Positions 53,760 to 64,000 of a stretch of DNA of 64,000 nt are shown piece after piece. The notes under the pieces were generated by a model. That model made no database searches, had not been told where the DNA came from, and saw only the letters and a program-made list of their open reading frames with translations. Positions within the stretch are counted from its first letter, which is position 1; every line of letters starts with the position of its first letter. The translations under genes were made by a program, and so were the position numbers. Source of the DNA: Eledone cirrhosa (lineage: Eukaryota); NCBI GenBank assembly GCA_964016885.1, contig OZ024741.1, positions 125,178,001 to 125,242,000 of the forward strand. The letters run 5' to 3'.

Positions 53760-54005
53760 TAAAAGGAAAAGAAAATGCTGACAAATTCTTCCCCGTGATG
53801 TTTGCTCTAATCTGATTAGAGCAAACATCACGGGCGCTTTATCTCAAAATTATTTTTGAAAAGCATTAGCAATGCGCAACCGGTAAAAGCTTAAAACTAA
53901 AACTGAATACTAACCAATACTAATTACTAATTTTTACTTATTCCTAATTAAACTATTTTTCACTGGGAACAATTTGTCAGCATTTTCTTTTCCGTTTACC
54001 AATAT
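53753..54005. repeat. Fold-back cassette: 41-bp terminal inverted repeats, a perfect 21-bp hairpin and a degenerate HHR
   Basis: 53753-53793 is inverted to 53965-54005. The hairpin is CCCGTGATGTTTGCTCTAATC-T-GATTAGAGCAAACATCACGGG. The HHR-like motif is TTGAAAA-GCATT-AGC-AATGC-GCAAC-CG-GTA. Confidence 0.75.
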
Positions 54006-54051
54006 ATCACAACTCGTGTGTTACACGCCTATTCTTTTATATATATATACA

Positions 54052-54790
54052 TATATATAAAACTGAAATTGTCTCTGTGTGTGTGTCCTAATTTTGGCAA
54101 AGACTATACAAATCCACATATCTACTCCGATTGACTTCAAACTTGCATTTATATATTGTTTGCGGTCTAAATATATTAACTGCAGCTTTTATTTTTCAAT
54201 TTTCTGTTGTTAAAGGCGTTTTGGTCACTAAAACTTTAAGCCTTTTTTGTCAGTTCAGTTCGGCAATTTTGTCTACAATGTTCAAGAGAGACACTTCTTT
54301 AGTATTTTAGTATTTTAGTTACCTCTCTTTATAGACTATATTATCCCTACTTAAACGAACATCCCTTGAAATTGTTGATGGTGACCCCAATAGTAACTGC
54401 GAAGCGTTCGGCATCCAATATAACAGTTCGGTCTATATCAGATTGGGTAGATTTTTGTAACCTTAAAAGTATCCAACTAAATTCCTTAATGTTCTCCACC
54501 ACTGCAGTCCCACATGGTTACTGCTCTGTAACTTTCATTGTACCATAGCACTACAAATACATATTCGGTTTGTCGAATGCCTTTTTACTTAACCCTATTC
54601 GTGGGCTGAACATTTTACTCTCAGGCACCCAATTAAGTTAAACCCCTGGTAATCTACGACGAATTTTTTTTATAATCACAAAATGTAGACATCATGCCCA
54701 GGCCGAGGTATTCCGTACTTTTCAGAAAGGAGGTATAAATATGCCAATCTATGTTTAGAAGCCCGAGCAACGCCAGGCCATTCTGCTAGT
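54052..54790 (+). mobile_element. Non-autonomous Helitron/Helentron-like element
   Basis: Same terminal architecture as 3432-4249: TATATATAAAA..(GT)n at the start and GCCCGAGCAACGCCAGGC..CTGCTAGT at the end. Confidence 0.55.
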
Positions 54791-55431
54791 ATATATATAT
54801 ATATATGTATATAAATGAAAGGTATAGAAAACACTGCAGCGAAAAGCGAACAGCATTCCATAGTATATGCGTCAAAATGGGAAAAATAGTTAACGTAAGA
54901 TGTGGGAAAAATAATTTAAACTCATCTTAAAGAGAATCAGGATATAAATTCATCCACAGAATTTAGTGAAATCCAGGGAAAAATCAATAGAGCCTTAACT
55001 CATGATAAAATAAAGTTCAAGATACCTATCCTTCAATTTGGAAAAACTTCAAATGCTCTGTATAGTCGTAAGACTATTTCATGAAAACTTTCAGCGGAGA
55101 TGGTCACGGTTGGAACTCATCATCAGCAGAGCTCAACTCGATAACCAGGATTCTCGCAGATTAATATACCAAAAAGAGAATTCTAAAGAAGGCCAGTCCA
55201 ACATCATGCGTGTTCACGAAAAACGCACATGAGGAAAAAATGGGTATTGACGTCAGAATGAGACGAAAGTTTGTTTACAAGAAATATATATATATATAAA
55301 ATTAGAATTTTATTTCTCCCTCTAGCATAGCTGATATATAAATGTAAGTTTGCACACGCACACACATATATACATACACACACACACATATATATATATA
55401 TATATGTATGTATGTATATATATATATGTAC

Positions 55432-55484
<53 letters not shown>

Positions 55485-55485
55485 C

Positions 55486-55594
<109 letters not shown>

Positions 55595-55715
55595 TACGTA
55601 TGGGTTATATCAAACATTAATAATAATGTTTGATCTGTTTGTAAACAAACGACCTGATTGGAAGCTGTGCCGTGCAGGTAACCGATCGTCACCTGTTTGT
55701 TTATATATATATATA

Positions 55716-56266
55716 CGCGGTGGCTTCAAAACGTTCGTGGAAACGGAACATTTGGATAAAACAGTTTAAGTTGTGATGTTTATTTTTCAACATATGCTCC
55801 CTCTAGGCCAATACACTTCTTCAAGTGTTGATACCAGCCTTTAAATCTATTTGTGTCAAACTGAGGTCCATGCGATTTAAATCATGTCAAAGCAGCTTTT
55901 TTTTACATCTTCAACTGGGGATCATCTTCAACCTCATCTCTTCCACTTCTAAAACGACATATCCATTTGTAGGTTGTTGATTTCTTTGGGGCATTGTCCT
56001 CATAAACTTGCTCCAGAGTGTCAATGATTTGGCTACTCTCCCACCCTAGCTTCACCGTGATTTTGATGTTTTGATGGAGGTCATGTTGCTCAAGTGAGTG
56101 CTAACTTCAGACTTGCGGTACCGCGTTGTAGCATGTATTTAAGGGTTCATGTTAGAACATGTTATGGACGCGTTAGTATGAGAAAGCACAGGTGCATTGA
56201 GATCAAAACATTTGACTTTGACTTTTAGCTATGTAAATTTTCCACAAATTTTTTAAGGCCCCTCTG
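55716..56266 (-). mobile_element. Internally deleted mariner (Hsmar2/irritans-like) with both TIRs and TA flanks
   Basis: TIRs CGCGGTGGCTTCAAAACGTTCGTGGAAA / TTTCCACAAATTTTTTAAGGCCCCTCTG. The minus strand has N-terminal IKITVKLGWESSQIIDTLEQVYEDNAPKKSTTYKWICRFRSGRDEVEDD and C-terminal WYQHLKKCIGLEGAYVEK*. Confidence 0.85.
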
Positions 56267-56283
56267 TATATATATATATGCAT

Positions 56284-56374
<91 letters not shown>

Positions 56375-58001
56375 GAGATAAAGAGAGAGAGAGAAACAGT
56401 TATATAGAATTGTGTGTGTACGTAGGCACATATATATGTTTGTGGACACCTAAAAATGCACGTGTGCGGCTGCGTGAGTGTATGTGATGTGACTTGGAGT
56501 ATAAGAAAACATCTTAAAAAGTTGAAATATTTTTGATATAGGTTACGATGACATGAGATGAATTAATGCATCTGGAAATCTCAAAATAATGTTTGCATTC
56601 TGTTTCTAACTTTTATTTTAATTTAGCGATAAGTAATTATTTTTCTTATTTTTATTCTTATCAGATTCAGAAATGTGCGTACTGCTGGGATGAATGTGTC
56701 TCAATTTATAACACTGTTGGGACAAATATATCCCAGAAGCATATTTTCAAAATAACACTCATAAAAATATGTATTGTGTGAGTGTGTATGTGACAGTGTT
56801 TTGTAACTTATAGTGGAAGAAAAAATCTTAAAGAGTGAAATATTTTTGACCTAGGTTAGAGTGACCTAAGATGAATTCATGCATCTGGAAATGATTCGTT
56901 TGACATTGCTTTATCTAAATGAACCGGCTTCTGAAATAAGCAATAAATTGTTACTGTTGTTTTACTGTTATATAACATCTGTAAATGATGATCCAAATGT
57001 ATTATATAGATTTACATTATACAAAACTGAAATACAAACACATAACAGAAAATACATATCATCTATTTAGATTATTATCGCCAATGTTATTGCTACATGG
57101 AATCGATATTTGTTCTATTTTTCTAGTCTTGGCATTTATGTATTATAAACAAACAAATTACAATGTTTATTCTTACTGAGAATATTGATATCGTTCTAAT
57201 ACCTTTCCGCCTCCGCTCTCACATTCGTATATCATAACGGAAAATTCATCTAGATATCTTACAAAATGATTTACTTCAGGGACATTTGCTTGTAGATTGT
57301 TTCGCTGGTCAACAAATATATTTCTGAAATGTAAACAGTGTAAATGAATTTCTCACAGCTTCTCTCTCATAACTCCATACTTATTTTAACAATCTATACT
57401 ACCACAATCCCAAATACCTATTGTATATGGGATTACGTATGATTATTTCTCGACAACCAATTCTTGGAGACTCTTTGATATGGGGCCATTAAATTGTCCT
57501 TTCTATTTCCATTATTTCTATCCAAGACTTAGTTTTGAAGATGTTATCATTAACTGCTTCAATTTTGTGGAAATGCTGTGACCAACACAGTCAAATAAGA
57601 TTTGACGATATCTTGTAAACTTTCTGAAACTCGGCATGTGATTCTATATAGTAACAACATTTCAAATGTAAACTGCAATCTAAGAATTAGATTACGTTGG
57701 ATATTACCATTTCGCTCATCTTTTCTATTTCCTGCTTATACATATGCATTTAAGCTCCCGGCTGACGATATTAACGCTATGTAAACTATGACAAACAATT
57801 CAAATTACATGCTTCAAAAATGTGTAAAACGGCAACTAATCTAATGTTACATGTATTGTAAAAGGTTCCTATTCCATCTTCTTTTTTTCAACAAATTGTA
57901 GGATTTTCTGATTTCCCATCAAAAATGAAAATTCGTCGGTAGAATAATACAGCTTTCATATATATTTCAAAATAATGTACATAAATATAGGTACTACTAA
58001 T

Positions 58002-58191
58002 ATAATTGTTTCTATTTTTGGCACAAGGCCAGCAATTATCCAGTGCATTACTGGTACTTTATTTTATCGACCCCGTAAGGATGGAAGGCAAAGTTAACCT
58101 CAGCGGGATTTGAACTCAGATTGGAAAGAGCCGTAACTCTATGCATCAAAGCATGGCGTCCGACCCTCTACCGATACTGCCAATCCACCAC
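58002..58191 (-). mobile_element. SINE family A
   Basis: Full-length reverse copy. Confidence 0.88.
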
Positions 58192-58488
58192 TAATATAAA
58201 ACGAAATGAACTCTAATACATACATGTTTATAGCATTTGTTTTGTTTTTATATATGATTACCTATTTTATTTCCTTTTCATTTATTGGAATAACGTTTCA
58301 ACATTCACACGCACACACACAGATATATGTATGTGTGTTTGTGTATGTGTGTATGTGTGTGTGTGCAAGATACCGTAGATATATAGTGGTGGTCATAACT
58401 GAACCTCGAAACCTAAAGTCGCGCATACATGTTAACATTTTAATTATACTATATATATATATACTGTTTCATTCGGGAGAAATCATAC

Positions 58489-58547
58489 GGCTTCCTGATG
58501 ATTTCTCCCGAACGAAACAGTTCTAGTCCTCTAGTCCTGTAGAAGCC
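58489..58547 (+). ncRNA. Type I HHR family C with a short duplication in loop III, preceded by a short inversion (58463-58486)
   Basis: GGCTTC-CTGATGA-TTTCTCCCGAAC-GAAA-CAG-TTCTAGTCCTCTAGTC-CTG-TA-GAAGCC, between two (TA)n tracts. Confidence 0.78.
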
Positions 58548-58766
58548 TTTTCTATATTTCATATATATATATATACACGACCTGTTCTTTTATGAAGCGT
58601 TGAACGAATTTATATTTCCAAAGTGTGTTAGTTTGGCGTAAGCCACTACAACGCAGATTTGACTGTCGAAGATGAAAAATGTGGACAGAGTCAGTAAATT
58701 ACTGCTATCGGTTCACTCAAGTATACTACATATCTTCTTCTTCTTCTTCTTCTTCTTCTTCTTCTT

Positions 58767-58797
<31 letters not shown>

Positions 58798-59861
58798 TGT
58801 TTTTATTTTTATTTCAGATTTTGAAAATATATCATCAGGAAATTTATTATGAACAATTTCCTAGTGATATTCCCAAAATAAATATTAAAAATAAATTATA
58901 GGTAAAAAAAATGAGTTAATAAATTTTTATGTGCAATCATTTTAATATTGTTTATTGCATTCATGGCTCAAATATAGCTGAGACCCAACAGCTCGGCAAC
59001 TTCTTGTCGGCCTCGTCACCTCGCATCTTTTCTTACCAAATGCATGACCGGCAGGCAAGCGGTGACGGGGTCGATAAAATTAAATACCAGTAATACATTG
59101 GTATAATTGCTGGCCTGTGCCAAAAGTAGAAACAATTATAAATAATTCATTATAAATAATAGGTGTTAATTTACTGAGCTTTTAACTCTTGTCGGTGTCG
59201 TAATGACGCCATTGTGAAGTACGACATGTCTTGGGATTTTAAACCTAAGGTTTGAGAGCAGCAAATTTCTTCTAAAGATGAGAGAAAAAAATGAAAGAGA
59301 GAGAGAGAGGTGAGATTTAACACCCCTGTCAATTCGCCACATAGAAAGATATTATGAATACTTATAAAACTATAATCTATTAGTCAGTTAGCAACAATCC
59401 ATAACGAAATTTTTAACAATAAATAAGAAAACATTACATAACGTAAATATAATTAAAATAAATACACCATGCAAATGCATATTATTGACAATGGAATTCT
59501 AGAAAGAAATTGCCCTTTCTATTGTTATCTTAGAAATCCATTATATAAAATCTGACAGGAAAAAGATTAAAAAGAAATAGAATACGGGCGTTTTAACACA
59601 AAAGCCTTCTATCTACCTCGTGATAATGAGCCGAGAAACAAATCTTGCATCATATAGGGTGATATTAAAAAACATTATCTAAAGTAATGCGACATAAAAC
59701 TCACATTTCTGTGACACAAAAACATATTTCTATATATTTTCTGGCAGCATAAGATTAATAACTTTGGAAAATTAAAAGGAAAGAGATTTCGTATCTGCTT
59801 TGCTGTGATCTAAGTAAATAAAACAGAAAGATTTTAAAAGCGGTTTTCACAATGGTGTCAA

Positions 59862-60366
59862 AATAGTTTCTACTTTTGGCACAAGGCCAGCAATTATCCC
59901 AGTACATTGCTGGTACTTTATTTTATCGACCCCGTAAGGATGAAAGGTAAAATGAACCTCGGCGGGATTTGAACTCAGACCATAAAGGGGCGTAACTCTA
60001 TGCTGCAAAGCATGGTATCCGACCTTCTACCGATATGAAATAACGTATTATACAACATTATGAACTGATTGTTTCTACTTTTGGCACAAGGCCAGCAAAT
60101 ACCCAGTACATTACTGGTACTTTATTTTATCGACCCTGTACGGATGAAAGGCAAAGTCAACCTCGGCGGAATTTAACGTTATGAAATAATTGTTTCTACT
60201 TTTGGCACAAGGCCAGTGTATTACTGGTACTTTATTTTATCGACTGGTACTTTATTTTATCGACTCCGTAAGGATGAAAGGCAAAGTTAACCTCGGCGGG
60301 AATTGAACTCAGATCATAAAGGGACGTAACTCTATGCTTCAAAGCATGGTGTCCGACTCTCTACCG
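59862..60366 (-). mobile_element. Three tandem SINE A copies
   Basis: GTTTCTACTTTTGGCACAAGGCCAG recurs at ~59866, ~60071 and ~60192. Confidence 0.85.
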
Positions 60367-60442
60367 AGAGAGTTACCTTGGAAACCATTTGGTTCTAGGT
60401 TCAGTCCTGTTGCATGGCATGTTTGGCAAGTGACTTCTAGAG

Positions 60443-60651
60443 CAGGCATGTCAAACTGAAGGTCCCTCGAGGGCCACTTGAGTCACATATGTGTTACCTG
60501 AGGGCCACACATGACAACAAATTGCGCACATTACAGCTAATAATTTTTTTTTATTTTATATTACGCTCATGCTGTAAAGACCTTGGTGCGGGCCACAGGT
60601 GTGCTTGTAAAGGGTGCATGTGGCCCACGGGCCGCATTTTTCACATGCCTG
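60443..60651. mobile_element. hAT (Charlie-like) MITE inserted in an old SINE
   Basis: TIRs CAGGCATGTCAAA / TTTCACATGCCTG, subterminal GGGCCAC/GGGCCGC motifs, and an 8-bp TSD-like pair TTCTAGAG / TTCTATAA. Confidence 0.8.
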
Positions 60652-60832
60652 TTCTATAACTTCAGGTTGACAAATAACTTACCAGGAGAATTTGTTAAAC
60701 GGGAACTGCGTGTGTGTTATGTGTGTGTATGAGTGTCCTTTGGTGTTTGTGTGAGTGTGAGTCCATGTGTGTTTGTGTGTAAGTATGTGTGTCCAGTGCA
60801 TTTGTGTGTGTGTATGTGTCCATCTGTGTTTC

Positions 60833-60886
<54 letters not shown>

Positions 60887-61127
60887 ATGAGTAATTGTGT
60901 ATGCGCGTGTGTCCATCTGTGTATGTATGTGCGGGTATGTGTGTCCATCTGTGTTTGTCTGTGTGCATGTGTATTCATCTGTGTGTGTGTGTGCGTGTGT
61001 CTGTCCATATGTGTCTGTGTGTATGTTTGTCCATCTGGGTTTGTGTGTGTGTATGTGTATATACAAGGTTTTGTGTATGAGTTTGTGTTTGTGTTTTAGT
61101 TTGTGTCTATATTTATGTCCCGTAACA

Positions 61128-62422
61128 TTGTGGTGTTGATGACTAGTGATGTTGATGGTTATGGTGATGTTGATGGCTATGGTGATGTTGATGGCTATGG
61201 TGATGTTGATGCCTATGGTGATGTTGATGTCTATGGTGGTGTTGATGGCTATGGTGATGTTGATGGCTATGGTGGTGTTGATGGCTATGGTGGTGTTGAT
61301 GACTATGGTGATGTAGATGGCTGTGGTGGTGTTGATGGCTGTGGTGATGTTGATGGCTATGGTGGTGTTGATGGCTATGGTGGTGTTGATGACTATGGTG
61401 ATGTAGATGGCTGTGGTGGTGTTGATGGCTGTGGTGGTGTTGATGGCTATGGTGGTGTTGATGACTAGTGATGTTGATGTCTATGGTGGTGTTGTTGGCT
61501 GTGGTGATGTTGATGACTGTGGTGGTGTTGATAGCTATGGTGATGTAGATGGCTATGGTGATGTAGATGGCTATGCTGGTGTTGGTGGCTATGGTGGTGT
61601 TGATGGCTATGGTGATGTTGATGACTGTGGTGGTGTTGATAGCTATGGTGATGTAGATGGCTATGGTGATGTAGATGGCTATGGTGATGTTGATAGCTGT
61701 GGTGGTGTTGATGGCTGAGGTGATGTTGATGGCTATGGTGATGTTGATGGCTTTGGTGGTGTTGATGGCTATGGCGGTGTTGATGGCTATGGTGGTGTTG
61801 ATGACTAGTGATGTTGATGGCTTTGGTGGTGTTGATGGCTATGATGATGTTGATGGCTATGGTGGTGTTGATGGCTATGGTGATGTTGATGGCTATGGTG
61901 GTGTTGATGGGTATGGTGATGTTGATGGCTATGGTGGTGTTGATGGCTATGGTGATGTTGATAGCTATGGTGATGTTGATGGCTATAGTGGTGTTGATGG
62001 CTATGGTGATGTTGATAGCTATGGTGATGTTGATGGCTATGGTGATGTTGATGGCTATGGTGATGTTGATGGCTATGGTGATGTTGATGGCTATGGTGGT
62101 GTTGATGGCTATGGTGATGTTGATGGCTATGGTGGTGTTGATGGGTATGGTGATGTTGATGGCTATGGTGGTGTTGATGGCTATGGTGATGTTGATAGCT
62201 ATGGTGATGTTGATGGCTATGGTGGTGTTGATGGCTATGGTGATGTTGATAGCTATGGTGATGTTGATGGCTATGGTGGTGTTGATGGCTATGGTGATGT
62301 TGATGGCTATGGTGATGTTGATGGCTATGGTGATGTTGATGGCTATGGTGGTGTTGATGGCTATGGTGGTGTTGATGGCTGTGGTGGTTTTGATTGCTAT
62401 GGTGATGGCTATGATGATGGCT
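61128..62422. repeat. 18-bp minisatellite (GATGTTGATGGCTATGGT)n, roughly 70 units
   Basis: Read directly from the sequence. Shortened GACTAGT units occur at ~61141, ~61463 and ~61803. Confidence 0.95.
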
Positions 62423-62671
62423 GTATAAGTTTGTATACTAAATATAACCTATAATCAATACATGCGTGGAAGTGACGTCCACCACCAACCAACTTGCCGT
62501 CCGGCACTGCGTCCCGGCCGACAGGATGGAGAATGTATTGCTCCGGCGAACAACAAGGGAGACGCACTGAAACAACCACTCAACATCGAGGGGCTCGCAC
62601 TTGTGGGAGTTGTTCTACAAAAAAGGCACCAATAAAATAGGTAATATACTTGAAATACGAAATAGGAGCAG

Positions 62672-62870
62672 CAGACCTGTCAACTCTCCCTGTCCGACGG
62701 GCAGATCTCCTCCCACCCACTTTGGAGTAGGTGAGAGATGTTTTCTCTTGGGGAAATGGGTATAACTTTCATTATGTTAAATCTTACCATTTTTCCTCAT
62801 TTCTCCTCGTTTGGGGGCTATTTTATTTCATGGCACTCCCCGTTTGGGTTTTTAGAGATTGGCAGGTCTG
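62672..62870. mobile_element. Probable hAT-type MITE
   Basis: TIRs CAGACCTGTCAACTCTC / GAGATTGGCAGGTCTG, with degenerate 8-bp flanks AGGAGCAG / AGGTACGG. Confidence 0.55.
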
Positions 62871-63271
62871 AGGTACGGGCGTTGAAATTATCGACGAGAA
62901 CAGGCACTGCTCCAGCATGGCCGCAATCTAATGACAAACCAGTAAAATCTAAATAAAAAAGAAGTAAATAACTTATAAGTTATCACACGTGATTAATCTA
63001 GCTTAATAAAGGACATTCCAGTAATACGAAATGAGGCAACACATTAACACTTATCGAGATTAGCATATAACATATTAAGTATATTATAAATCTAATGCGT
63101 AAAATTGTGACGCTGAAAGATGTTATCTCGAAGCATACTTACAAGTAATGCGAGGAAAGTATTAAAGAAGCTAATGTGTTTATTTAATTAACGCTTATAT
63201 TACAAACATGATAAATGACGAATTAACAATGTTCATGTTCCTTGCATTTTGAATCCTATTATTAGAGATAG

Positions 63272-63672
63272 TGCTTTCTTATTTAGGTACAAGGCCAACA
63301 ATTTAAATCTATCCCAGTGTGTTACTGGTACTTTATTTTATCGACTCCGTAAAGATGAAAGACAAAGCTAACCTCGGTGGGATTTAAAATCAGAACTTAA
63401 AGGAACATAACTTTATGTCACAAAGCATGTTGCTCGTCGCTCTACCGATACTGCCAATCCAACCCCTTATTAGAGATAATGGTTTACGATATAGGCACAA
63501 GGCCAACAAATTTTTTTAAGGGGGGGGGGTTAAATCGACTCCAGTGCATTACTGGTACTTTATTTTATCGACTCCGTAAGGTGAAAGGCAAAGCCAACCT
63601 CCGCGGGATTTGAACTCAGAAGGAAAAGGGGCGTAATTATACACTGCCCAACGCTCCACCGACACTGCCAAT
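63272..63672 (-). mobile_element. Two tandem SINE A copies
   Basis: Cores at ~63325-63390 and ~63550-63620. Confidence 0.8.
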
Positions 63673-64000
63673 GTCATTAGAGACACTAAAAAGAATAATT
63701 GTGTATGGTATATACTTGAGAGGGAAAACTGGAGCCGAACATAGGTGTGCGTTTACACTATATTATACTTGAATTATTTATGCGTCCAACAGGTTTTTTT
63801 CCAAATTAGTGAATTAACAGCTTTTACATTCAAGAATGGGTTACAAGATCTACCAATCTATGGTAGGGGCAATAGCGTTGTTAGAACTCCATGTAATCTA
63901 GAAAGAATAATTCCAACGATACCAGGTAATAAGAGTTCTTGCTTTTCTAGTAGGCTCTCATCATATCAGATTCCATTGTGCATTCTAAACGTGTTGCAAA

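Noticed and set aside
56490-56891. Diverged ~90-bp direct repeat at ~310-bp spacing
   Set aside because: Only two degenerate units with no structure or coding signal, so probably an old local duplication.
61103-62454. CRISPR-like array or bona fide CDS
   Set aside because: The units are contiguous with no unique spacers, the context is eukaryotic, and stops and frame breaks interrupt the ORFs. Kept only as a minisatellite.

Overview
Animal genomic DNA that is AT-rich and dense in (TA)n, (CA)n and (GA)n microsatellites. The repeat repertoire suggests an octopus or other cephalopod; this is an inference, not verified. I see no intact host protein-coding gene, and most ORFs in the track are microsatellite read-throughs. 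The window is a graveyard of retroelements: a decayed CRE-like RT-RLE element (~163-2515), a near-complete Penelope-like element (PLE) with Hydra-clade hallmarks and an inverted plus direct pseudo-LTR structure inside (TA)n (~12779-17506), two tandem Dong/R4 3' fragments in (TAA)n, a full-length frameshifted Tx1/L1-type LINE (~32040-38081), RTE fragments, mariner, hAT and Helitron-like non-autonomous elements, about 20 tRNA-derived SINE copies and an 18-bp minisatellite. The most striking signal is more than a dozen type I hammerhead-ribozyme (HHR) motifs from several unrelated sequence families. Many sit in short non-coding fold-back cassettes next to (TA)n. The PLE carries a U3-A8 core variant whose copies show a compensatory base-pair change in stem II. 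Coordinates were read by eye and may be off by a few bases.
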